NCBI GenBank assembly: GCA_963762195.1
Contig: CAVXJX010000012.1
Location: forward strand, 127,044 to 191,043
Direction of reading: 5' to 3'
DNA length: 64,000 nucleotides
From: an uncultured Solirubrobacterales bacterium
Lineage (GTDB): Bacteria; Actinomycetota; Thermoleophilia; Solirubrobacterales; JBBDJG01
Numbering within the stretch: the first letter of the stretch is position 1; every line of letters starts with the position of its first letter. The position numbers were made by a program, and so were the translations under genes. The notes below the pieces were generated by a model. That model did no database searches, had not been told where the DNA came from, and saw only the letters and a list, made by a program, of their open reading frames with translations. Shown piece after piece: positions 9,504 through 22,919 of the stretch.

Positions 9504-11033
9504 GCCGCTCCGCGGGCGGCTTCAACTTCGTGTTGGACGTAGTCGAGCGTCACGCACGCGAGCGACCCTCCGACGAGGCGCTGCGCGCGATCGCGGCGTG
9601 ACGGCTCCGTGCGCTCCTACACGTATGCGGACGTCGCGCGAAACGCCGCCGAGGCGGCGGCAGGACTCGCGCAGGCCGAAGTGAGCCGCGGCAAGGTCGT
9701 GATGACGCTGATGGGAGCGCGTCCCGAATGGGTCTTTGCGATGCTCGGGGCGTGGCGCCTGGGAGCCGTCGTGCTGCCCTGCTCCGAGCAGTTGCGCGCG
9801 AAGGACATCGCCCTGCGGCTGGAGCGCACCACGCCGGTCGTCGTGCTGGCGGCGGGAGCCGACTTGGCGGAGCTCGAGCGCGCGGCGCACGATGCAGAGC
9901 ACTCGCCTCGTCTGATCGACGTCGATGCCGACGGGCTGCCCTCGGGAGATCTCGTCGGCAATGTTGCCGACACCCAGGCGATCGACGCGGCGCTCGTGAT
10001 CTTCACCTCCGGGACGGCCGGCGAGCCGCGCGGTGTGGTTCACACCCAGGGGTATCTACGCGGACAGTCGGTGCAGGCTCAACACTGGTTGGGGCCGCGC
10101 GCGGGCGAGCTCTCGTGGTGCACCGCCGCGAGCGGATGGTCCAAGTCCGCCCGCAACGCATTCGTCGCGCCGTGGACCGCCGGCGCCGCCTGCCTGCTTC
10201 ACGACGCCCGCTTCGATCCGGAAGAGCGTCTGGCGATCGTCGCCGAGCACGACGTCGCCGTGCTCTGCCAGTCGCCGACCGAGTACCGCATGATCGCCAA
10301 ACGGGCCTCGCTCGCCGCCGGCCGGCCGGCGGCGCTGCGACGTCTCGTGTCCGCCGGCGAACCACTCAACCCGGAGGTGATGCAGGTCTTCCGGTCCGGG
10401 ATGGACCTCGACATCCACGACGGCTACGGGCAGACGGAGACGGGTCAGCTGACGGGCATGCCCACAGGCGAGCGGGTGCGGCCCGGCTCGATGGGCAGGC
10501 CGCTGCCGGGATTCGGCCTCGAGGTCGTCGACCAAGACGGGCGGCCGGCAGACGAAGGTGAGCTGTGCCTCGATCCGCAGAGCGTCCCGACGTTCTTCCG
10601 CGGGTACCTGGGCGAGCCGCCGTTCGCCGATACTCGCTGGCGGACGGGAGATCGGGTGCGGCGCGACCCGGACGGCTTTCTGTGGTTCGAGGGCCGGCTC
10701 GACGACGTGATCCTGTCCGCGGGCTACCGGATCGGCCCCTTCGAGGTCGAGTCCGCACTACTCGAGCACCCGGCGGTCGCGGAGGCGGCGGCCGTGGCGG
10801 CGCCTGATGCCGAGCGCGGCGCGGTGGTCGAGGCGGTCATCGTCCTGCGCCCGGGGAAGACGGGAGACGACCGTCTTGTCCGCGAGTTACAGGAGCACGT
10901 CAAGCAATCAACCGCTCCGTACAAGTACCCGCGCGTCGTGCGATTCGTCGACGAGCTCCCCAAGACACCCAGCGGGAAGATCAAGCGGGCCGAGCTGCGT
11001 CTGCTGAACGGCGAGTCGGATATCGACCGCTAG
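9500..11033 (+). pseudogene. AMP-forming acyl-CoA synthetase (adenylate-forming ligase), one frame break
   Basis: GTG 9500 overlaps the previous stop (GTGA) and gives MSRSAGGFNFVLDVVERHARERPSDEALRAIAA, then TGA. Deleting the t at ~9599 joins it to DGSVRSYTYADV... of ORF 9609..11033. Family motifs: IFTSGTAGEPRGV, DGYGQTETG, PKTPSGKIKR. Confidence 0.85.
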
Positions 11034-11068
11034 GCTTGACGTCCTGTCGGGGTTCCACGGGAGGTTCT

Positions 11069-12467
11069 ATGACAATCGAAAGTCACGGGCACCGTGCCCG
11101 CGCCTGAGATCGACCGTCGCCGCGTGGCGGAGCTCACCGCGCAGCAGCGCGAGCTCTTCGCCGAGCGCACCCCAAACTCCGGCGCGTACTTCGAACGCGC
11201 GCGCAAGGTGATGCCGAAGGGCGTGCCCTCCTCCTTCCAGGAGAACGACCCGTGGCCCGTCTACATCGAGCGCGGCAGCGGCGCGCAGGTCTGGGACGTC
11301 GACGGCAACGAGTACATCGACTTCCACAACGGCTTCGGCGTGATGTGCATCGGTCACGCGAACCCCCAGGTCGCAGAAGCCGTCAAGCGGCGTGTCGAGC
11401 TCGGCACCCACTTCGCCGCGCCGACCGAGGGCTCGATCGGCGTCGCCGAGGAGCTGCGCCGGCGTTTCGGCCTGCCGCAGTGGCGCTTCACGAACTCGGG
11501 CACCGAGTCCACGATGGACGGGATCCACATCGCGCGGGGCGCGACCGGGCGGGACATGATCCTCAAGATCGAGGGCTCCTACCACGGGCACCACGACGCC
11601 GTGATGGTGTCCGTCTACCCCTCGCTCGAGGAGCTCGGCGACCGTGAAGACCCGGTCAGCGTCCCGTACGGCGCGGGATACCCGCGCGCGATCACGGAGC
11701 TCACGCGGTCCGTTCCGTTCAACGATGCGGCAGGCGCTGGCGAGCGTGCTGACGCGGCTCGATGGCCAGGTCGCAGCGCTGATCATGGAGCCCGCCATGA
11801 TGAACATCAACATCGTGCCGCCGATCGACGGCTACCTCGACGGACGTGCGTCGGATCACCGCCGAGCACGGCGTGATCCTGATCTTCGACGAGGTCAAGA
11901 CCGGTGCGACGATCTCGCCGGGCGGTGCGACGCAGCGCTTCGGCGTCAGTCCCGACATGGTGGCGCTCGCGAAGGCCAGCTGCGGCGGGCTTCCCGGCGG
12001 TGCGATCGGCATGACGGATGAGCTTGCGGCGGTCGTCGCGGACGGCACCGTCCACCAGTACGGGACGTTCAACGGCAACCCCCTGGTGATGGCGGCCGCG
12101 CACGCGGCCCTGACGGAGGTCTTGACCGACGCCGCGTACGAGCGCCTCGAGTCCATCAACGACCAGCTGCGCCGCGGCTGCGACGAGATCATCGCCCGGC
12201 ACGGGCTCCCCTGCTACACCGAAGGCATCGGTGCCAAGGGCTGTGTGGTCTTCGCCTCGGAGCCGCTGCGCGAGTACCGCGACTACCTCACGAAGGTCGA
12301 CGACGACCTGTCCACGCTCGCATGGCTCTACCACATGAACCACGGCATCTTCATGACGCCCGGCGTCGAGGAGGAGTGGACGCTCTCGATCGCCCACACG
12401 GAGGACGCACGTGCAGCGCTATCTCGACGCGTTCGAGACGTTTGCCGCAGACCTGATGGGGAACTAG
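11069..12467 (+). pseudogene. class III PLP aminotransferase (glutamate-1-semialdehyde aminomutase-like), four frame breaks
   Basis: RBS GGGAGG plus ATG 11069. The segments ...GNEYIDFHNGFGVMCIGHANP..., ...TNSGTESTMDGIHIARG..., ...ALIMEPAMMNINIV..., ...ILIFDEVKTGATI...(Lys), ...YGTFNGNPL... and ...[19 protein letters not shown] are spread over frames 2>0>1>2>0. Breaks lie at ~11092, ~11730, ~11845 and ~12407, and each is a +1 step. Confidence 0.85.
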
Positions 12468-12477
12468 CCCTAGGGCT

Positions 12478-14477
<2,000 letters not shown>

Positions 14478-14481
<4 letters not shown>

Positions 14482-15230
14482 AGCTCGGCGACCTCGAGGT
14501 CAACCGCATCGGGCTCGGAGCGCGGTTCGTGCAGGACGCCGAGCACGCGGGCCCGCTGCTGCGGCGTGCGCTCGAGCTCGGGGTCAACCTGATCGACACG
14601 GCCGACGTGTACGGCAACAGCGAAAGCGCGATCGCCGGCGCACTGCATCCGTACCCCGAGGGGCTCGTGATCGCGACCAAGGGCGGCCAGACATTGGTTG
14701 ACGGCCAGCCGACCGGCGACGGCAGGCCCGAGTATCTGCGGGAGGCCTGCGAGCGCAGCCTCCAACGCCTACGCGTCGACACCATCGACCTGTACCAGCT
14801 GCACATGCCCGACCCCGAGGTTCCGATCGAGGAGTCGGTTGGCGCGCTCGAGGCGCTGCGCACCGAGGGCAAGATCCGCCACATCGGCGTGTCGAACGTG
14901 TTCGGCGACGCGCTCGAGGCCGCGCTGCGCACCGCGCCCGTCGTGTCGGTGCAGAACCGCTACAGCCTCATGCACCGCGAACGTGACGTCGAGATCGAGA
15001 TCTGCGAGCGCGAGGGAATGGCCTTCATGCCGTGGTGGCCGCTGGCCGGGGGCGAGCTTGCCGTCCTGGGCCCGCAGCGCGCGCTGGCGTGGCTCTTGCT
15101 GCGGTCCCCGGCGATGCTCCCCATCCCGGGGACGGCGTCGATCGAGCACCTCGAGGAGAACGTCGCGGCCGCCGCGACGCGCCTCACCCCGGAGGAAGTC
15201 GCAGAGCTGGAGGCAGCCGCCGCAGGCTGA
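14478..15230 (+). CDS. aldo/keto reductase
   Basis: ATG 14478 overlaps the previous stop (ATGA). Motifs: ...[12 protein letters not shown]...LVIATKGG...[13 protein letters not shown]...IRHIGVSN...[14 protein letters not shown]. 250 aa. Confidence 0.85.
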
Positions 15231-15257
15231 CGAACGGAACTGCCTGACCGCCGCGCT

Positions 15258-15296
15258 GCGCTGACTTTACCCCCTATGAGGGGGAAAACCCAGCAC
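15258..15296. repeat. palindromic intergenic repeat, copy 1 (GCGCTGACTTTACCCCCT-atg-AGGGGGAAAACCCAGCAC)
   Basis: Long imperfect hairpin 28 nt after the AKR stop. It is near-identical in architecture and sequence to 45918..45956. Confidence 0.6.
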
Positions 15297-15315
15297 AACG
15301 CCGCATGGCGGAGCC

Positions 15316-16671
15316 CTACAGGACCGGCAGGTACTTCTCGATCTCCCAGGTGGAGAGCTGCGTGCGGTAGTCGTCCCACTCCTGGCGCTTGATCTCGACG
15401 AAGCGCGTGAACACGTGCTCGCCAAGCGTCTTGAGGATCAGCTCCGACTCCGAGGCGATCTCGATCGCCTCACCGAGCGTCTCGGGCAACTGCTCGATGC
15501 CGAGCTTCTTGCGCTCGTCGGGCGACAGGTGGTACAGGTTCCGCTCCATCGGCTCGGGCAGCTCGTAGCCCTTCTCGATGCCCTCGAGACCCGCCTGCAG
15601 AAGTGCCGAGAAGCACAGGTACGGGATTGCAGGCCGGATCCGGGCTGCGAATCTCGCAGCGCGTCGCCTGCTCCTTGCCGGGGTGGTAGAGCGGCACCCG
15701 GATCAGGGCCGAGCGGTTGCGCCGTGACCACGCGACGTACACCGGCGCCTCGTAACCGGGCACCAGGCGCTTGTAGGAGTTGACCCACTGCGCGAACAGC
15801 GCCGAGATCTCGCGTGCGTGCTTGAGCTGCCCGGCGATGAACGACTTCGCGACATCGGACAGGTAGAACTGGTCGTTCTCGTCATAGAACGCGTTGCGAC
15901 CGCCTCTTGAACAGGGACTGGTGCACGTGCATGCCCGACCCGTTCTCGCCGTACAGCGGCTTTGGCATGAAGGTCGCGTAGAAGCCGTACTTCATCGCGT
16001 ACTCCTTCACGGTGATGCGGTACGTCATGCAGTCGTCGCACATCTTCAGCGCGTCCGCGAAGCGCATGTCGACCTCGTGCTGCGACGGGCCGACCTCGTG
16101 GTGGCAGTACTCGACGTGGATGCCGAGCTGCTCCAGCGCGAGCACCGTCTCGCGGCGCAGGTCCGAGCCGGCGTCGAGCGTCGTGAGGTCGAAGTAGCCG
16201 CCCTTGTCGAGCACCTGCGGCGGGCCGCCGCCGGTCTCGGCGGAGCGGAAGTAGAAGTACTCGAGCTCCGGCCCGATGTAGAAGTCGTCGAAGCCCATCC
16301 CCCGCATGCGCTCGAGCGACCGGCGCATCACCCACCGCGGGTCGCCCTCGTAGGGCTCGCCGCCGGGCACCTGCACGTCGCAGAACATGCGGCCGGTCGC
16401 CTTGTCCTCGGGCCGCCAGGGCAGGATGTCGAATGTGGACGGGTCCGGCATCGCGATCATGTCGGACTCCTCGATCGGGTTGAAGCCGGTGATCGACGAG
16501 CCGTCGAAGCCCATGCCGCCCTCGAAGGCGTCTTCCAGCTCCGGCCCTGTTGATGGAGAAGCTCTTGAGCTGGCCCAGGATGTCGGTGAACCAGAGGCGG
16601 ATGAAGCGGACGTCGCGCTCGTCGCAGATTGCGGCTACGTCCTCAGGCGTCTTGGGGGCTTTCTCTGCCAA
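15316..16671 (-). pseudogene. glnA: glutamine synthetase type I, three frame breaks
   Basis: RBS GGAGGA plus TTG 16671. Motifs: MAEKAPKTPEDV...VRFIRLWFTDILGQLKSFSIN | ELEDAFEGGMGFDGSSI...ELEYFYF...HHEVGPSQHE...NGSGMHVHQSLFK | GRNAFYDE...NSYKRLVPGYEAPVYVAWS.RNRSALIRVP... | YLCFSALLQAGLEGI... Breaks at ~16548, ~15905 and ~15622 are each repaired by deleting 1 nt. Confidence 0.9.
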
Positions 16672-16733
16672 GGGGAACTCCTCCTGCTAGTCGGGTGGGT
16701 CGAGCGCGTAACCCTAGAGATTTTCCCCTGAAG

Positions 16734-17042
16734 CTACGTGCCCGAGAACGGACGTGTGCCGGCCACCTCGTGGATGGCGACCTCCGGCGGCACGGACACG
16801 ACCTCGAGCAGGCCCCGCGCGAACTCCCGCAGGTGCGGCTGGGCGAAGTGGCGGTCGAGCGCCTCGCGGTCGGCCCACTCCTCGACGGCGACGAAGCTCA
16901 GCGGATCCTCGACCGCGGCGAAGAATCCGTACCGCATGCACCCCTCCTCGGCGCGCGAGGCCTCCTGCATCCGCTCGAGCAGCGCAACCAGCTCATCGCG
17001 CTTGTCGGCCTCGCACCGGACCCGGCCGATGACCAGCAGCAC
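16734..17042 (-). CDS. antibiotic-biosynthesis-monooxygenase (ABM/Dabb) domain protein
   Basis: GTG 17042 gives VLLVIGRVRCEADKRDELVALLERMQEASRAEEGCMRYGFFAAVEDPLSFVAVEEWADREALDRHFAQPH... The upstream part of ORF 16734..17465 is shadow. Confidence 0.7.
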   Translation of the reverse strand: MLLVIGRVRCEADKRDELVALLERMQEASRAEEGCMRYGFFAAVEDPLSFVAVEEWADREALDRHFAQPHLREFARGLLEVVSVPPEVAIHEVAGTRPFSGT

Positions 17043-17535
17043 TAGATGACTGGTCCTTGCGCTGCCGGTACTCGTCGAGCCCGGCCCGGGCGGTCTTGCG
17101 AACCGATCCGCGGATGATGGGCGTCCAGCCGAGCAGCATGCCCGGGCAGACCCAGCGCCTGCCGCGTCCACGCGTACAGGTCGAAGTCGTCGACGTGCTC
17201 GGCGATCAGCCCGTCCCGGAAGCGGAAGGACGCGCGGATGTCGTTCGTGGACCGGGCGGCCGGTCCGTGCGAAGGAGTAGTGCGGCGACCCAGTGCGCGG
17301 AACCGCGCTCGTCGTCGGCCTCGTGCTCGAGCAGCTCGATGCGCAGGTCCTCGGCCCGCTCGGTGAGCATGCGCCACATGTCGCCCGGCTCGTCGCCGCG
17401 CAGGTCGCGGAAGACGGGGTCGGAGAACGTCGCGTCGGGCGTGTAGCAGGCCGCCATCGTGGCACCGTCGCGGCGACCGAAGGCGGAATAGAAGCGCTCG
17501 ATCAGCTCTTCGTTGGGGGTGGCCATCCGCGCCAC
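17042..17535 (-). pseudogene. NTF2/SnoaL-like family protein, three frame breaks (3' end uncertain, may extend to ~16993)
   Basis: Segments: MATPNEELIERFYSAFGRRDGATMAACYTPDATFSDPVF...SAHWVA | HYSFARTGRPVH | NDIRASFRFRDGLIAEHVDDFDLYAWTRQALGLPG | MLLGWTPIIRGSV... The frame classes step 0>2>1>0 (each +1) at ~17283, ~17245 and ~17140. Confidence 0.6.
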
Positions 17536-17563
17536 CCTACCGGGATCGGCCCGGCTCAGCCGG

Positions 17564-17864
17564 CTAGCGGAGCCACTCGCAAGCCCATTGGCGCAGCGCG
17601 CCGATGACGGGCTCGAGAGCGCGTCCCTTGGGCGTCAGCTCGTACTCGACTCGCACGGGCGCCCCGTCCCACACGCGGCGGGCCACAAGGCCGGTCGCCT
17701 CGAGCTCCTTGAGCCGCATCGACAGCAACCGGTCCGAGATCTGCGGGATGCCCGGCGGACAGCGCGGAGAACCGCATCGGGCCCGCCAGCAGCGCGTGCA
17801 CGATCGCGCCGGTCCAGCGCTTGCCGAGCATCTCGACGGCCGCGTGGTAGTACGGGACAGACAC
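17564..17864 (-). pseudogene. HxlR-family winged-helix transcriptional regulator, one frame break
   Basis: Reads VSVPYYHAAVEMLGKRWTGAIVHALLAGPMRFSALSAG | IPQISDRLLSMRLKELEATGLVARRVWDGAPVRVEYELTPKGRALEPVIGALRQWACEWLR*. Deleting 1 nt at ~17750 joins the halves. Confidence 0.75.
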
Positions 17865-18001
17865 CCTGAAACGGGACGGGGGGCGCCGCGGATTCGATGT
17901 GGTCCGCGACGCCCCCGGCGTCACCGTTTTGAGGGGAGGGAGAGAGCAACCGGTCCTGCGCCGTCTTGGGTCTGTATCGGCGCCGGATCCGGCATTGATC
18001 G

Positions 18002-18571
18002 CTAGGCGACCTTCTTGAGCGGCTTGACCTCGCGCGAGGTGCCCTCGAGCGGGATCTCACCGGCAAGCGTTACGAGGGACGAGAAGTCCGCGAGCGCAAC
18101 GTGCGCCAGCGCCTCGAGGATCTGCTCGTCCGTCCAGCCTTGCTCACGAGCCTCCTCGTGGAGGTGCACCGGCACCGCCCCGCTGTTCTCGAGCATCGTC
18201 TCGAGGTAGCGCAGCAGCGCGGCTTCGCTTTCGTCACGGGAGTGGAATCGCCGCGCGGAGTCGATCTCGTCCAGATCGAGCCCCACGGCCCTCCCGGCGC
18301 GCGCGTGCACCGCGACGTCGTACTCGGAGCCCCGGTACTCGGCGACCGCAAGCGCGATGCGCTCCTGGGTCGCACCCGGCAGCGTGCCGCGCCGCAGCTC
18401 GGACCGCATCCGGGCATAGCCCCGCAGGGCCGCCGGCGACGAGGCGAGCACTCCGACGAAGTTGTTGAGCTTGCCTGTGCCTGAGAGTGCTCCCTTTAGG
18501 ATCGGGGCGCTCTCGGGCGGAGCGGTGAGCTCGTCGTGGATATCGAACCTGCTGATCTTGGCAGCCATCAC
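18002..18571 (-). CDS. carboxymuconolactone decarboxylase/AhpD-like family protein
   Basis: Intact 189 aa (GTG 18571 or ATG 18568) with ...SPAALRGYARMRSEL..GTLPGATQERIALAVAEYRGSEYDVAVHARAG...ILEALAHVAL..., a CMD-domain pattern. Confidence 0.75.
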   Translation of the reverse strand: MMAAKISRFDIHDELTAPPESAPILKGALSGTGKLNNFVGVLASSPAALRGYARMRSELRRGTLPGATQERIALAVAEYRGSEYDVAVHARAGRAVGLDLDEIDSARRFHSRDESEAALLRYLETMLENSGAVPVHLHEEAREQGWTDEQILEALAHVALADFSSLVTLAGEIPLEGTSREVKPLKKVA

Positions 18572-18712
18572 TTTACTTTCCGATTGAAGCTACAAAAATA
18601 GCTATCTGCTTACTGAAGGTTAGGTAGTTTACAAAACGAAACGGCGAATGCAAACTTCGGCCCTGAAGGCCCGTTTCCTCTCCCTTATACGTAGGTCGAG
18701 CGCGCGTGGATG

Positions 18713-19420
18713 TCAGTGCGTCGAGCGCAGCCGGGCGGTGCTGACCATGCCGAGCTTGCGGGCCGCAGCAGCCGTCAGGTCCCAGGCCACTCCGTGGCGG
18801 AACGGGCCGCGGTCGATCACCGGCACGGTGATGAAGCGCCCGCCGCGGTAGAACGTCACCGGGGTTCCGCAGGGCAGCGACTTGTGGGCGACGCCCAGCG
18901 TCGCCCGGCGCAGGCGCTTGCCGCACGCAGTGCGGTTGCCGTACAGGCCCGGGCCGTACCAGGTCGCGCGCCGATACCGCATGAGCGCGAGCAAGCCGGG
19001 CCTGGTCTGCGGTCCGACGACGCCGTCCGCCGCCAGTCCCGCCTCACGCTGGAAGCGCTTCACGGCGGTGGTGGTGGCGGCGTCGAAGATCCCGGTTGGC
19101 TTCAGAGCCCCGTAGTGGCGGGCCTTGAGAATCGCCTGCAAAGTACGGACATCCGGGCCGGTGCTGCCCTCCTCGAGCACGCGCTCCCCGAGCTCGGCCG
19201 CCGAGGGTGCGCCCACGTCCGGGGCGTCCGCCGCCGGCGACGGGGAACCTGGCGAGCCGCCCGTGTCACCGCGCGAGGTCGTCGCGGCCAGCAGGATCAG
19301 GAAGATCCCGAGCAGCAGCGCCCACGCGGCCACCCTGTCGGGGCGGGAGCGGGCCATCGGATTGTTCGAGACCGTACGTCGGCGCGACGCAGCGCGCTGG
19401 CGCTCGAGGCGTTGGGACAC
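18713..19420 (-). CDS. secreted peptidoglycan-binding (PG_binding_1) + RlpA-like double-psi beta-barrel protein
   Basis: 235 aa with an N-terminal TM/signal (AAWALLLGIFLILLAA). The PG-binding repeat reads GSTGPDVRTLQAILKARHY...TGIFDAATTTAVKRFQREAGLAADGVVGPQT. The DPBB part reads ATWYGPGLYGNRTACG...LGVAHKSLPCGTPVTF...VPVIDRGPF. Confidence 0.8.
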   Translation of the reverse strand: MSQRLERQRAASRRRTVSNNPMARSRPDRVAAWALLLGIFLILLAATTSRGDTGGSPGSPSPAADAPDVGAPSAAELGERVLEEGSTGPDVRTLQAILKARHYGALKPTGIFDAATTTAVKRFQREAGLAADGVVGPQTRPGLLALMRYRRATWYGPGLYGNRTACGKRLRRATLGVAHKSLPCGTPVTFYRGGRFITVPVIDRGPFRHGVAWDLTAAAARKLGMVSTARLRSTH

Positions 19421-19434
19421 GTTCCTCTCTTTCT

Positions 19435-19600
19435 GGCGCTTACGGGGTTAGCTGACGGGCTCGCGCTGAAAGAGCTGCGCTACGCCTGATCGGCCTCAGT
19501 GCCGGCGGCGATTCGCCCCTTCGCGGTCCTGGACGGCAGGACCGCAGTGGTTCCCCCGCTCCTCGACAGCCATCCACATGGCTCGGCCGAGGACTCAGCG
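19435..19600 (-). promoter_or_regulatory. ydaO/yuaA-type c-di-AMP riboswitch in the 5' leader of the RlpA-like gene
   Basis: The minus-strand RNA reads CGCUGAGUCC...GAGCGGGGGAACCAC...GGGGCGAAUCGCC...GCGAGCCCGUCAGCUAACCCCGUAAGCGCC. This matches the conserved blocks recalled for ydaO (CGCUnAAUC, GGGGGAnCCA, GGGGUGAAUC, CCCGnCAGCUAACCUCGUAAGCG). It ends 15 nt before the GTG at 19420. Confidence 0.75.
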
Positions 19601-19712
19601 GTCAGGTCTGTGCTGCGAAGCGCGGCATCTTAGCAAGGTTGACTCGACGAGTCAATCTTGTGTGGAAGGACTCTTGCTCCCGGCCGCGACGGACCGTTGA
19701 AAGGAGGCTCGC

Positions 19713-20066
19713 CTAGGAGCCGGCTTCGAGCCGGCCCTGCTCCTCGGCGGTGCGGTCGGCCCACGGGAACGGCCTCGAGGCGCCCGTCCGGGATCGGCTC
19801 CCCGCTTTCGACGGAGGTGCCGTACGTGCCCTCCTCCAGGCGCTGCTCGGCCCGCTCGATGGCGACGAGCTCCTGCTCCAGACGCGTGATCATGGACTGG
19901 TCGCGCTCGTTCTCGAACAGCTCCGAGCCCGCATCGGCGGTGTGCTGGTCGACACGCGAGAGGTCGTCGTCGCCGTCGCCGCGAGCGGCAGCGCAGCGAG
20001 GCACAGCTCCTCCTGGATTCGCTCGCGTTCTCGTTGCAGCAGCTGTGCGGCTCGGTCTTTGTCCAT
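19713..20066 (-). pseudogene. DksA/TraR-family protein lacking the four zinc-finger cysteines, two frame breaks
   Basis: RBS GGAGG plus ATG 20066. Reads MDKDRAAQLLQRERERIQEEL... | GDGDDDLSRVDQHTADAGSELFENERDQSMITRLEQELVAIERAEQRLEEGTYGTSVESGEPIPDGRLEAVP | WADRTAEEQGRLEAGS*. The break at ~19981 needs 1 nt added; the break at ~19764 needs 1 nt removed. Confidence 0.65.
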
Positions 20067-20125
20067 GCTGAAGAAGGCCTCCTGACAGGCGGCGGGGAAG
20101 GCCGTAAGTTAGCGGCTCGCCTGGT

Positions 20126-22877
<2,752 letters not shown>

Positions 22878-22919
22878 GCGCGAATCGGCTCCTGTGTTGG
22901 GGGTCTAGCCCAACTCTAT

